Shown piece after piece: positions 20,916 through 31,347 of a DNA stretch of 64,000 bases. Under the pieces are notes generated by a model that saw only the letters and a list, made by a program, of their open reading frames with translations, did no database searches and was not told the origin of the DNA. Source of the stretch: an uncultured Verrucomicrobiae bacterium (lineage in GTDB: Bacteria; Verrucomicrobiota; Verrucomicrobiia; Chthoniobacterales; Chthoniobacteraceae); NCBI GenBank assembly GCA_963828525.1, contig CAWHEP010000007.1, positions 32,001 through 96,000 on the forward strand. The letters run 5' to 3'. The translations under genes and the position numbers were made by a program. How positions within the stretch are numbered: position 1 is the first letter of the stretch; each line of letters begins with the position of its first letter.

Positions 20916-22320
20916 CTACCCGACCGAACCTTCCATCTCCAGATCGATCAGCCGTTTCAATTCCACGCTGTACTCCATCGGGAACTGGCGTACCAGAGTC
21001 GTTCACGAATCCATTCACGCTCAGACTCATTGCCTGTGCTTCACTCAGCCCGCGTTGCTGCATGTAGAAAATCTGCTCCGCGCTCACCTGGCTTACGCTG
21101 GCCTCGTGCTGCACGGCGTTGCCAATCCCGCGCACTGTGATCGCCGGATATGTATCCGTCCTGCTCTGCGAGTTTATCAACAGCGCATCGCACTCCGTAT
21201 TGTTCTTGCAATGCTTGAGATGCTTTGGCACGTGCACCAGCCCTCGATACGTCGCGCGGCCCTTCCCGATGCTGATACTCTTGGAGATGATGTTGCTGGT
21301 GGTCTCATCCGCCGCGTGCACCATCTTCGCTCCCGTATCCTGATGCTGCCCATCTCCGGCGAGAGCGATGCTTAGCACTTCCCCGCGTGCTTTCCGGCCT
21401 TTCATTACGACGCCCGGATATTTCATCGTCAGACGCGACCCGATGTTGCAATCGATCCATTTGATCTCCGCTTCCTCATGCGCCAGCCCTCGCTTGGTCA
21501 CAAGGTTGAAAACATTCCCGCTCCAATTCTGAACGGTGATATATTGGATCTTCGCCCCCTTCATTGCCACCAGTTCCACCACCGCGCTATGCAGTGTGGC
21601 GGTAGTGAACTTCGGTGCCGTGCAACCCTCCATATAGGTCAGTTCCGCGCCTTCGTCCGCTATGATGAGCGTCCGCTCGAACTGCCCGAAATTCTCGGCA
21701 TTGATCCGGAAATAAGCCTGTAACGGATGCTTCACCTTCACGCCGGGTGGCACATAGATGAAACTGCCGCCGCTGAAAACCGCGCTGTTCAGCGCGCTGA
21801 ACTTGTTATCCCCCGTCGGAATCACCTTCCCAAACCATTTCCGGAAAATCTCCGGATATTTCTTCAACCCCTCGGTGCTCCCCACAAAGATCACGCCTTG
21901 GTCGCCTACAGCCTTCTTTATGTTGGAATAGACCGCCTCGCTGTCGAACTGCGCTTCGACTCCGGCGAGAAACTTTCGCTCGTTTTCCGGAATGCCCAGG
22001 CGCTCGAAAGTCCGCTTGATGTCTTCGGGCACATCATCCCAGCTCCTTTTCGTCTCGGTGCCCGGCGAAAGGTAGTAGCGTATCTTGTCAAAGTGGATCG
22101 CTTCGAGATCCTTGCTTGCCCAATGCGTCGGAAGCGGCTTGCTCTCGAAAACATCCAGCGCCTTCAGCCGGAATTCCCGCACCCAGTCCGGGTCTTCTTT
22201 TACATCGGAGATGTAGTTCACCGTCCGAGGCCCGAGGCCAATCCCCGCGTCGCGCACATGCACCTCGGGATAGGCGAAATTCCCAATATCTCTGTCAATG
22301 TCGAGTGTTGCGTTTTCCAT
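20916..22320 (-). CDS. sufB: Fe-S cluster assembly protein SufB; frameshift ~20996
   Basis: [37 protein letters not shown]; the canonical MEGSVG* end lies in another frame (stop 20916-20918). Confidence 0.97.
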
Positions 22321-22335
22321 AGTATTTATCCTCTG

Positions 22336-23101
22336 CTAAACCGCCGCCAAATCCCTGCGCCTCATCCTTCATCCAGTCATATCCTTTTTCTTCCAATTCC
22401 AGCGCCAGTTCTTTTCCGCCGCTGTGGACAATCCGCCCATGCACCATCACATGCACATAATCCGGCACGATGAAATTCAGCAGTCGTTGATAATGCGTGA
22501 TGAGCAGCACCCCCAGTCCCGGCCCTCTGAGCGAATTCACCCCATTTGAAACAATCTTCAGCGCATCAATATCAAGGCCGCTGTCCGTTTCATCCAATAT
22601 CGCATATGACGGCTCAAGCATTGCCATTTGCAGAATTTCGTTCCGCTTCTTTTCCCCTCCCGAAAAATTCTCATTCACCGAACGCGCCGTAAAGGAACGA
22701 TCCATCTCCAGCATGTCCATCTTCTGGTAAAGCCTCGCGTAATACTCTGTTGCTTCCAGTTCTTCTCCCTCCGCCAGCCGCGCTTGCACCGCCGCCCGCA
22801 GGAAATTTGCGATGCTCACTCCCGGCACCTCGCTTGGATATTGGAACGCGAGGAAAAACCCTTCCGGACCGTTCATCCGCCTCCAGTTCCAGCAGGTTGA
22901 TCGCCATCCATCACGAATCTGCCCTCCGGTCACCGTGTAGTCCGGGTGGCCGCCCAGCACCTTCGCCAGCGTGCTTTTGCCGGATCCGTTTGGCCCCATG
23001 ATCGCGTGAACCTTGCCCCGCTCGATCTCGAGGTCGAGTCCGCGCACGATTTCCTGTCCCGCTACGCTCACGCGCAGCCCTTCGATTATCAGTGAATTCA
23101 T
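22336..23101 (-). CDS. sufC: Fe-S cluster assembly ATPase SufC; compensating indels
   Basis: [45 protein letters not shown]; the literal ORF runs to 22295. Confidence 0.95.
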
Positions 23102-23104
23102 ATT

Positions 23105-23578
23105 GCAATCGTCTATCTTCGCCAGGCCGATCCCCGGTCGGTTGCAGTCGTTCGAGCCGAACACTCCGCACATAGACCCCGCAAGGAGACTTCGTGGTGA
23201 GCTGACCACCGTGTTCGCCGGCAGCTCCCAGCTTTCTTTCCTCTGATCCCTCAGCGGCACGTCGAATACCAATCCGCATTCATCGCAGAAAAAGTGGCCG
23301 TGCTCCTCCAGATTCGGGCAATACCGGGACGGCGCCCGGTCGAGATTTACGTGACGCACCAATCCGCATTCGGTGAGTGTTTCAAGGCAGTTATAGACCG
23401 TGGCAAGCGAGATGGAAGGCATCTCCTTTTTCGCCCGGATGAACACCTCGACCGCTGTCGGGTGATCGCGCTGCGCCATCAGAGCGTCATAGACATGGCG
23501 GCGCTGCTTCGTGAAACGAAACCCTTTTAGCGAGATCGTTTCATCATAAGACTTGTTGTCTGCCGTAGCGTCTTCCAC
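23105..23578 (-). CDS. Fur-family transcriptional regulator (PerR/Irr-like); C-terminus frameshifted
   Basis: [28 protein letters not shown]; 3' end approximate. Confidence 0.88.
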
Positions 23579-23612
23579 TGTGTGGGTAATATCCGATGCC
23601 TCCAAAGGCTTA

Positions 23613-23629
23613 TCAAGACCTATTCTAAA
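23613..23629 (-). promoter_or_regulatory. Candidate Fur-family (ICE/PerR-like) operator upstream of regulator-sufCBD
   Basis: - strand TTTAGAATAGGTCTTGA matches 14/17 positions of the ICE consensus TTTRGAAYNRTTCYAAA. Confidence 0.45.
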
Positions 23630-23912
23630 TAAAAGGGCGCTTCGGGCCTTGGCGTAGGATTTTGGATCGGGTTTTGAGAAGATGCAGCGACGCGAGACAC
23701 AGAGTTTTTCTGAACGGCCCCCACGGGTAAGACTGGCGAGCCGATGAAATGCGCCGACGCATCGAAGCAGAGCGCGCAATCCTCCCTCGGCCCCTCTCGA
23801 CGGCTTGCCAAGGTCAGGCAGGCTTGCCCATGATCGGCTCCTAATGGTCTGGACAAACGGAAATGACGTTGACACGCTTTGGAGATAGCCAATCTACTCC
23901 GAGCGAACGCTT

Positions 23913-24131
23913 ATGAACACAATCGAACCTCCAACAAGCGCTATGGCGGCGGGCGAGGAGCGTGGGGCCACGAAGTCACCGCCGGTTAAAATAGTTGCCT
24001 GGCTGACCGGCATCACAGCAGTTTTTTCTCTTATGGCGTTGAGCGATAGTCCAACGGTTGGGATGGGCTTGGGGGTCATTGGTGTCGCGGGCATGGTTAC
24101 CAGCGTAAGTTTTTTTATTCTAAGAGGTTGA
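23913..24131 (+). CDS. Small two-TM hypothetical protein
   Basis: 72 aa with two hydrophobic segments, fills an intergenic gap. Confidence 0.45.
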   Translation: MNTIEPPTSAMAAGEERGATKSPPVKIVAWLTGITAVFSLMALSDSPTVGMGLGVIGVAGMVTSVSFFILRG

Positions 24132-24233
24132 GCCGGAGTAGGGCTTTCGCGCGCCCGAGAAACTACCGCATACGAATCCTGTTCTGAAGCCACCCCCCTG
24201 GAAAATCCCGCGGTACAATTCAGTCGTCACTTC

Positions 24234-26474
24234 ATGAACATCCGCGCAATTTCCTTCATCTTTCTCGCTGCGGTCTCCATCTCCCAAGCCCAGCTCGTCC
24301 GTGTCCCAAATACCTCCATTCATCTGCCCGAGAATCTCGGCTCCAGCTATGTCGTTGAGGACGCTTTCGGCCCCAATAGCAAATTTACCCAGCCTCTTTG
24401 CATCGTCTCGCCCCCCGGCGAGAAAGACCGCTTCTTCATCCTCGAAAAGGGAGGCCGTATCATGCTGGTCACGAGATCCGGCGACACCTATTCCCGTTCT
24501 CTTTTTTTCGACATCAACCAGTATCTCGCATCGCGGCACGAGGGCACCCTCCCCACAGCCAACGAATGGGGCCTCCTCGGCCTCGCGTTTCACCCCGATT
24601 TCGCTCACAACGGTTTCTTCTATCTCGCCTACGATATTACCGTCGCCGCCACCGGCGAGAAAAAGGACTATGACCGCCTGGCTCGATTTACTTGCTCAAA
24701 ATCAAATCCTTCGACCGTGGATCCGGATAGTGAGGTGCCGATGATCACCCAGCTTGACCTCGCTCCAAACCACGATGGCGGCGATCTCCATTTCGGCTCC
24801 GACGGCTACCTCTATTACTCCATGGGCGATGAAGGCGCCGGGAATGATTCGTTCGATAACGCCCGCTTCATCGACAAAGATTTCTTCGCCGCCATCTTCC
24901 GCCTCGATGTAGACAGGAAGCCGGGGAACCTGGAGCCGAATCCTCACTCTCAGAACTCCCTCGCGTTCCCCTCCGCTGTTCACCCGGGCACTTATAAGGT
25001 CCCGGCGGATAATCCGTACATCAAGACCCCGCGCCATAACGGTAAGGATCTCGCTTCCGACAAGATCCGGACGGAGATGTGGGCTTCCGGGTTGCGCAAT
25101 GTCTGGCGCTTCTCTTTCGATTACCCCACAGGCCGTTTATTCGCTGGCGATGTGGGGCAGAATCGATGGGAAGAGATCGATCTCATCACCCGAGGCGGCT
25201 TCTACGGTTGGAGCTACTTTGAGGGAACTCACCCGGGTCCTCGTATAAAGAGCTTGCCGCCCGATACGAATTCGATTCTTCCCATCTACGACTATGTGCA
25301 TGGCCCTGGCAGCGTCTTTAATGGGAACTGCATCATCGGCGGCTGCGTTTCTCACGCGAGCCGCTTTCCAGAACTCGAGGGAACCTATCTCTTCGGGGAT
25401 TACAGCGCGCGTACGATATGGAGTCTGCGCCAGACAGGCGCGAAGTGGACTCCCTCGGTGGTCACTACATCCGCCGGCGATATCGTCGCCTTCGGCGTGG
25501 ATGGGCGCGGCGGAGACATCCTCCTTGCCGATCTTAGCGGCCGCGTTGGTCGTCTCGTTCGCTCAAATGGCCCTCAAAAACTTCCGCCCCCGCTGCTTTC
25601 ACAAGCGGGGATTTTTCAAAGCCTGAGTACCCTTGAGCCAAATCCCGGCGTCGTCCCTTATAAGCCGAATTTGGAGCAATGGTCAGGCCCGGTGACCGCC
25701 CGCAGATGGTTCTCGCTTCCTGGCTCCAGCATTCTGAAATTTGTCCGCGACGGAGATTGGGCGTTTCCTCCCGGCGCGGTGTGGGTTCAGCATTTCGACA
25801 CGCCGGAAGGTAAAAAACTGGAGACCCGCCTCCTCGTAAAAACCAAGGACGATTGTTACGGCCTCGATTACAGGTGGCGCGCCGACCAGACAGATGCCGA
25901 CCTTGTTCCTGATACGGGTTCGGACGCCGCGGCCGCTTCCGGATTCCCGGCCCATCGCTTCCCCGGACGAGCGGAATGCAGTGCGTGCCATACACCCGTC
26001 GCCGGCTTTGCTCTCGGCTTTAAGACCGCCCAACTCAGTCCTGCGTTTATCCGGCCTCTCATCAGCGCGGGCTTCCTCAAAGCCTCGGAAAAAGAACTGC
26101 AAAACTTGCCCGCGTTTGCGGCGCCGGGCGATGCCTCTCAGCCCCTTGAATGGCGCGCCCGTTCCTATCTCGCCGTGAACTGCGTCCAATGCCATCAGCC
26201 CGGTGGCGCCGGCGGAGGGAACTGGGATGCGAGATACACCACGCCAACCCCCGCCGCTAACATCGTGGACGGCCCCCTCGTCAACACGCTCGGAGACACC
26301 GCAAATCGCTTTATGGTTCCCGGCGATCCCGCGCGCTCCATGGTCCTGAAGCGCCTCGAGGGCAAAACCGCCCCTCGCATGCCCCAGTTCGGCCCGCCCG
26401 AAACGGACGACCAGGCGATACGTCTCCTCACGGAATGGATCAACGCCCCAGCGCCTCCGCGAGCCGCTCCGTAA
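24234..26474 (+). CDS. Secreted PQQ-dependent sugar dehydrogenase-like propeller fused to a c-type cytochrome region
   Basis: GLLGLAFHPDF, NHDGG.L.FG.DGYLY, GLRNVWR, GDVGQ; CSACH and CVQCH haem motifs. Confidence 0.88.
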   Translation: MNIRAISFIFLAAVSISQAQLVRVPNTSIHLPENLGSSYVVEDAFGPNSKFTQPLCIVSPPGEKDRFFILEKGGRIMLVTRSGDTYSRSLFFDINQYLASRHEGTLPTANEWGLLGLAFHPDFAHNGFFYLAYDITVAATGEKKDYDRLARFTCSKSNPSTVDPDSEVPMITQLDLAPNHDGGDLHFGSDGYLYYSMGDEGAGNDSFDNARFIDKDFFAAIFRLDVDRKPGNLEPNPHSQNSLAFPSAVHPGTYKVPADNPYIKTPRHNGKDLASDKIRTEMWASGLRNVWRFSFDYPTGRLFAGDVGQNRWEEIDLITRGGFYGWSYFEGTHPGPRIKSLPPDTNSILPIYDYVHGPGSVFNGNCIIGGCVSHASRFPELEGTYLFGDYSARTIWSLRQTGAKWTPSVVTTSAGDIVAFGVDGRGGDILLADLSGRVGRLVRSNGPQKLPPPLLSQAGIFQSLSTLEPNPGVVPYKPNLEQWSGPVTARRWFSLPGSSILKFVRDGDWAFPPGAVWVQHFDTPEGKKLETRLLVKTKDDCYGLDYRWRADQTDADLVPDTGSDAAAASGFPAHRFPGRAECSACHTPVAGFALGFKTAQLSPAFIRPLISAGFLKASEKELQNLPAFAAPGDASQPLEWRARSYLAVNCVQCHQPGGAGGGNWDARYTTPTPAANIVDGPLVNTLGDTANRFMVPGDPARSMVLKRLEGKTAPRMPQFGPPETDDQAIRLLTEWINAPAPPRAAP

Positions 26475-26525
26475 CTTAAAAGTTCCAAAAATTAAACAGC
26501 CGCTCGCGAAATTATCCCCCGCGCC

Positions 26526-26566
26526 ATGGCTGTAAATCGTCCACAAAGTGGATGATAATCATCCAC
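26526..26566. repeat. Two palindromic units with 22-bp period (orphan copy)
   Basis: ATGGCTGTAAATCGTCCAC plus the perfect 9-1-9 GTGGATGAT-A-ATCATCCAC (26548-26566). Confidence 0.85.
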
Positions 26567-26608
26567 CAAACATCGACTTCGTGCTGCCCTGCTTTGCTTT
26601 AACCATTT

Positions 26609-27313
26609 TCAAACATCCATTTCTTTCCGCTTTAAAAGGTAAAATTTCCCATCTTCCAGCATGCCCGCGACGGATGCGTTCCCCACATCCAGGCAGATGT
26701 TGCGGCTGTCCAGCCCAGCCTTTTCCCGCGTCGTGTCCCCGGGAGTATGGCCAACGATCTGGCTGATCCCCGCGAGCGGGACCAGCGTTGCCCAATCCAT
26801 CCACAGCGCGCCGCCAACCGCTTGGTCGCCGCCTCTATCCCGGCCCGCTCCCAGCAGCGGATCTGCCTTGCCCCTCCGCGCGCGAGTCATTGCCCGCTCG
26901 CTTTGCTCCAGAATGTTCGTCACTGTCGGCGTCTCCAGCAGCGCGGGATGAAATCCCGCGTGACTTAGCAGCCAGCCTTGTTCAGCCCGCGCGAGCGCAA
27001 GCCGGTCCCAGTGTTCCTGCCCTAGAACCTCTCGGATGCCGCATGCCTTCTCCCATGTAAACCCAGAGCAGTACAAGCGGGGTTCCTCCGGGTACATGTA
27101 TGCAATATCATGATTCCCAATCAGGAAGATGTTCTCCCTGTTATTCATTTGCTGCCGCAGCCACAAGGCGGTGCGCCGCGCGTCAGAAACATTGTCGCCG
27201 AAGTCGTCGAAGTAATCGCCCAGGAATACAACGCGGTCGTAATCCTGGGTTCTCATCCAGTAATCCGCGCGCTCGGTATGATTATGAAGGTCCGGGATGA
27301 TGAGAGCGCGCAT
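26609..27313 (-). CDS. Calcineurin-like metallophosphoesterase
   Basis: DLH, GDYFD, GNHD, SHAG, GHT. Confidence 0.9.
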   Translation of the reverse strand: MRALIIPDLHNHTERADYWMRTQDYDRVVFLGDYFDDFGDNVSDARRTALWLRQQMNNRENIFLIGNHDIAYMYPEEPRLYCSGFTWEKACGIREVLGQEHWDRLALARAEQGWLLSHAGFHPALLETPTVTNILEQSERAMTRARRGKADPLLGAGRDRGGDQAVGGALWMDWATLVPLAGISQIVGHTPGDTTREKAGLDSRNICLDVGNASVAGMLEDGKFYLLKRKEMDV

Positions 27314-27476
27314 TTGCGATGGGAAAAAACTTACGTGGTGCGAATGCTATAAAAGCAGCGCGCCCTAAAAGATTCCTCCAATCAACCCGGCAGGCAAGCC
27401 TCTCCGCTTTTCCCTGCGCCGCCCGGCATGGCAGGCGCTTCGTGACCATTCCAAATCCCAAAATCACCCTGCTTAA

Positions 27477-27539
27477 ATGGTTGATAATCGTCCACAAAGT
27501 GGTTGATTATCATCCACATGGTGGTGGATTTTAGTCCGG
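27477..27539. promoter_or_regulatory. Three 22-bp-periodic palindromic units spanning the ATPase start
   Basis: ATGGTTGATAATCGTCCAC (27477), GTGGTTGATTATCATCCAC (27499), degenerate GTGGTGGATTTTAGTCCGG (27521). Confidence 0.7.
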
Positions 27540-28777
27540 AAATACCGCGTCACTTAAGCGCCAATCTCCTCGAAGCGCTGGCAGATACGCCTGTCGTCCT
27601 CGTAAATGGCGCCCGGCAGACGGGCAAAAGCACCCTTGTTCAAGCGCCCGAAATCTCGCGTGAGCGGCGGCAATACCTCACATTCGATGATCCGGGTGTC
27701 CTATACGCTGCCAGGAGCGACCCCAATGGCTTTATTGCCGGTCTGGCCCATCCGGTCACACTGGATGAAATCCAGCATGTGCCCGAATTATTTCCTGTCA
27801 TCAAGGCTTCTGTGGATAGGCGGCGCGCTCCGGGTCGCTTCCTGTTGACTGGCTCGGCGAACGTTCTATTGCTTCCCAAGCTTTCCGAGTCCCTGGCAGG
27901 GCGCATGGAAATTCTAACCTTGTGGCCATTCTCGCAGGGAGAGATGCGCGGTAGCCGGGAGGCATTCATCGACACGCTCTTTTCCAGGCAGCCAGCCTGG
28001 CGCAAAGGTGCCATGTCTCGTCGCGACGTCTTGGAGACCGTGCTTGCGGGCGGCTATCCATTGGCAGTCTCCCGGAAGTCCGGAGCGCGCAGGCGCGCAT
28101 GGTTTCAGTCGTACCTCATGACCATCCTCCAGCGTGACGTGCGCGATCTATCGAACATCTCCGATCTGACCGCTCTGCCAAAGCTCCTTTCGGTCATTGG
28201 CAGCCGGGCCGGAAGCTTGCTCAACTACGCGGACTTGTCACGTGGCCTCGCCCTTCCCCAGACAACTCTGAAGCGCTATTTCTCTCTCTTGGAGGCAACC
28301 TTCCTCGTGAGTATGCTTCGTCCTTGGTCCGGCAACCTGGGGCAGCGCGTCATCCATGCGCCCAAGGCTTATCTCAATGACACCGGGTTGCTCTCGCATC
28401 TCCTTGGTCTCACAATGGAGCGTTTGGAGCTTGATGCCGGTCTTGCGGGCGGAGTCCTTGAAAACTTCGTTGTTATGGAACTCCAGAAGCAGCTCGCGTG
28501 GAGCAAGACGCAGCCGCAGTGTTTCTACTGGCGCGCCGCCGGTGGGCAGGAGGTGGATATCCTGCTGGAGGACAGCGCGGGACGTCTCGTCGGCGTGGAA
28601 GTAAAAGCCAGTGCCACACTCTGTCGCCGCGATGTGAGCGGCATGCAATCCCTGGCCGCCTCTTGTGGACCCAGGTGGCTCCGGGGCGTCGTGCTTTATA
28701 CAGGGGCGGAGGTCATTCCGTTCGCCGCAAATCTCCATGGCGTTCCGCTCTCTACGCTCTGGCGGGCCGCGCGCTGA
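27518..28777 (+). CDS. AAA_14/DUF4143 ATP-binding protein with C-terminal PD-(D/E)xK-like region
   Basis: GARQTGKST, LDEIQ, LLTGS, ESLAGR, GGYP, DTGL, EVD, EVK. Confidence 0.9.
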   Translation: MVVDFSPEIPRHLSANLLEALADTPVVLVNGARQTGKSTLVQAPEISRERRQYLTFDDPGVLYAARSDPNGFIAGLAHPVTLDEIQHVPELFPVIKASVDRRRAPGRFLLTGSANVLLLPKLSESLAGRMEILTLWPFSQGEMRGSREAFIDTLFSRQPAWRKGAMSRRDVLETVLAGGYPLAVSRKSGARRRAWFQSYLMTILQRDVRDLSNISDLTALPKLLSVIGSRAGSLLNYADLSRGLALPQTTLKRYFSLLEATFLVSMLRPWSGNLGQRVIHAPKAYLNDTGLLSHLLGLTMERLELDAGLAGGVLENFVVMELQKQLAWSKTQPQCFYWRAAGGQEVDILLEDSAGRLVGVEVKASATLCRRDVSGMQSLAASCGPRWLRGVVLYTGAEVIPFAANLHGVPLSTLWRAAR

Positions 28778-28939
28778 CCCCGCCGTTCCTCCACGCGGCG
28801 CGACGCCTCCTCCCGCTTTCGCCGTTACCTGGATTTAACATTTCTCATTTTGACCCCCGCGAGCCGTTCGGGGACTCTTCCCTCGAATTTGCGCCCATGC
28901 GTTTACAAAGCGCTATCCGGGTCAGCCGAAGCGAGCATT

Positions 28940-29626
28940 TTGAGACCGACTAAAATCCTGGTGGCGGATGATGAAAAGGATGTTCTTGCCTTGGTGAGCA
29001 CGAACCTCAAGAACGCGGGCTTTCGCGTCCTTCAGGCCGAGGATGGTCACGCGGCCCTTCAGAAGGCTAGGGACGAGGTGCCGGCGCTTATCGTTCTCGA
29101 CATCATGCTGCCCATCCTTTCTGGCACGGACGTCTGCAAAACCTTGCGCGCGGAGCCTGCCACAGCCCGGATTCCGATCATCATGCTGACCGCCCGGGCC
29201 GAAGAGGTGGACCGTATCGTGGGGTTGGAACTCGGGGCCGACGACTACATCACGAAGCCCTTCAGCCCGCGCGAATTGGTGCTGCGTGTGAAGTCGGTGA
29301 TCCGTCGGTCCGCCGGAGAACCGGAACCGGCAGACAACATCCAGGTCGAAGACATCGTAGTGGATCGTTCCCGCCATCAGGTGATCGCGAAAGGCAAGCC
29401 GGTGGATCTCACCGCCATTGAATTCAAGCTGCTGGTCCTCCTTATGGAACGCCGTGGCCGGGTGCAGGGCAGGGATAAGCTGCTTAACGACGTCTGGGGT
29501 TACGAATCCGTCATCGATACCCGCACCGTGGATACCCACGTCCGGCGTCTTCGCGAGAAGCTGGGACGCGCCGCCGATTGCATTGAGACCGTGCGCGGGT
29601 TCGGCTACCGCATCGGCGGCAGGTAG
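28940..29626 (+). CDS. OmpR/PhoB-family response regulator
   Basis: VADDE, LDIMLP, LTA, GADDYITKPF, RTVDTHVRRLREK, TVRGFGY; TTG start inferred. Confidence 0.93.
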   Translation: MRPTKILVADDEKDVLALVSTNLKNAGFRVLQAEDGHAALQKARDEVPALIVLDIMLPILSGTDVCKTLRAEPATARIPIIMLTARAEEVDRIVGLELGADDYITKPFSPRELVLRVKSVIRRSAGEPEPADNIQVEDIVVDRSRHQVIAKGKPVDLTAIEFKLLVLLMERRGRVQGRDKLLNDVWGYESVIDTRTVDTHVRRLREKLGRAADCIETVRGFGYRIGGR

Positions 29627-29667
29627 CTTCCTCGACTGTTTGCCCCTCGCTTCATCCTCCGCGCGCT

Positions 29668-29908
29668 TCAGGAAAAGCCCCTGTTCCTGGGTACTTTGCG
29701 GAAGATGTAATAAAGAAGGCTCCCGAGAAAAGGGACGAAAAGGATGATGAGAACCCAGATCAGCCTGGTGTTGCCGATGTCGCTCTCGCTCAGCGCGCAA
29801 TCCACCAGCATCCAGATGAAAAAGCCTCCCGCGAATATCACGAGCAGATCGGGCCCGGCCAGATTTGTGATGCTCCCGAGACAGGGGAGGGGGCAGGTGC
29901 AGTGTCAT
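29668..29908 (-). CDS. PLDc_N-like small membrane protein (not in the ORF track; frameshift near start)
   Basis: Manual translation ...LLVIFAGGFFIWMLVDCALSESDIGNTRLIWVLIILFVPFLGSLLYYIFRKVPRNRGFS*; the ATG overlaps the kinase stop. Confidence 0.7.
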
Positions 29909-31227
29909 CAGGGCTGCTTGTCGGGCAGGATCTGGATTTCTTGTCCTGTTTGGATCACGATGCGGTAAAGCCCTTCCACCTCCGAGATTGTCCCGGTTAC
30001 TCTCACCCGCTTGGCGACATATTTCATCACCTGCTCCGGTGTGAATTTGAATTGCGGGAAGGCCAGGATCAACGCGTTCATGTCCGTCTCTGAAAACTTC
30101 AGGTCTCGCGACTGATACAGATCATCGTTTGCCATCGACGTTATAATGCCCTCTGCCACGACCGTCTCGCCTTTGCGCTTGGCCAGCCCGGGGTAATCGC
30201 CGGGATCGACCACCGGTGGTCCCGCCGGCTTCGGCTGCGCTGTGACCACCGCTTGCGGCGCGACAGCCGGCTTGCGCATGAGAAACCACGCCACTGCAAT
30301 CACCAGGCAAAGTGCCACGGCCCCTGCTATCACAGGGGGCGACTTCCGGGAGGACCGCACCGTTCCGGCTGGTAGTGGCACCGGTCTTTTCGCTGCAGGT
30401 GCCCGCGCGGCCGCCGTTACCGCGAGCCGGACTTCTTCCACTGTCTGCGGCCTGGCGTCCGGGTCCTGCGCCATCATCCGGGTGACGATCAGAGACAGAG
30501 CTTCCGGGACATCTTCCCGTACCAGGTGCAGCGATGCGGGCTGACTGTTCAGATGCGCGTGTACCACCTCATCCACCGACGGGAAATCATAAGGATATCG
30601 GCCTGTGATGCTGAAATAGAATACTACCCCCAGCGAGTAGATGTCTGTTCTCTGATCCACCGGCCCGCGCGTTAACTGTTCCGGGGCAATCGTGAACGCC
30701 GAGCCAACTACCGTGCCCGAATCTCCCTGCTGCTCGATCTCCGCTCCCTGATCGATTTTCGCCAGTCCGAAATCCAGTATCTTCAGCGTGAATGACCGGT
30801 CTTCGTGGAAGTGCAACATCAGGTTGCCCGGTTTCAAATCCTGATGCACCAGGCCCTTTGAATGGGCGGCTGACAGTCCATGGCAAACCTGGTTCGCCAG
30901 TTCGAAAAATCCCGTCAGCGTCAGTGGGTGCTCCGGCGCGATCGCTTCCAGTGTGCGCCCGTTTACCAACTCCATCACCACGAACGGCCCCTCCGCGTCC
31001 GAGTCGAAATCGAAGATCGTCACGATGTTCGGGTGGTGCAGCGCCGCCAGGATCGCCGCCTCCTGCCGAATGGACGCCTCGATCTCCGCGTCTTCATTGA
31101 TGCGCTTTATCGCGACGTATCGCCCGAGTTGCTTATCCCAGGCTTTGAAGACACTTCCGCTCCCACCCTTCCCAATGGCGTCTTGAATGATGTAGCGCCC
31201 CTGGGAGCCCGTATCGTTTTCTGCCAC
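29908..31227 (-). CDS. Hanks-type Ser/Thr kinase with TM helix and extracytoplasmic domain
   Basis: GKGGSG, VAIK, HQDLKPGN, DFG, APE, DIYSLG. Confidence 0.92.
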   Translation of the reverse strand: MAENDTGSQGRYIIQDAIGKGGSGSVFKAWDKQLGRYVAIKRINEDAEIEASIRQEAAILAALHHPNIVTIFDFDSDAEGPFVVMELVNGRTLEAIAPEHPLTLTGFFELANQVCHGLSAAHSKGLVHQDLKPGNLMLHFHEDRSFTLKILDFGLAKIDQGAEIEQQGDSGTVVGSAFTIAPEQLTRGPVDQRTDIYSLGVVFYFSITGRYPYDFPSVDEVVHAHLNSQPASLHLVREDVPEALSLIVTRMMAQDPDARPQTVEEVRLAVTAAARAPAAKRPVPLPAGTVRSSRKSPPVIAGAVALCLVIAVAWFLMRKPAVAPQAVVTAQPKPAGPPVVDPGDYPGLAKRKGETVVAEGIITSMANDDLYQSRDLKFSETDMNALILAFPQFKFTPEQVMKYVAKRVRVTGTISEVEGLYRIVIQTGQEIQILPDKQP

Positions 31228-31347
31228 TTGCCTTAATCGTTTCAGACGATCAACAGAAAGGCAAACGTTTTCCCATTACCCGCTTCGCCGCAGCCACAAG
31301 TCGCGCAATACTTTGACCCTCCTGCCACTTCCTGTCAGCGTCCGTCC

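Noticed and set aside
22295..23875. Apparent 526-aa Fur-SufC fusion ORF
   Set aside because: The Fur C-terminus degenerates and SufC has its own ATG at 23101; local indels are frequent, so read-through is likely artefactual
26526..27539. Palindromic repeats as a CRISPR array
   Set aside because: Only 2-3 units per cluster with 3-nt gaps, no unique spacers and no cas genes
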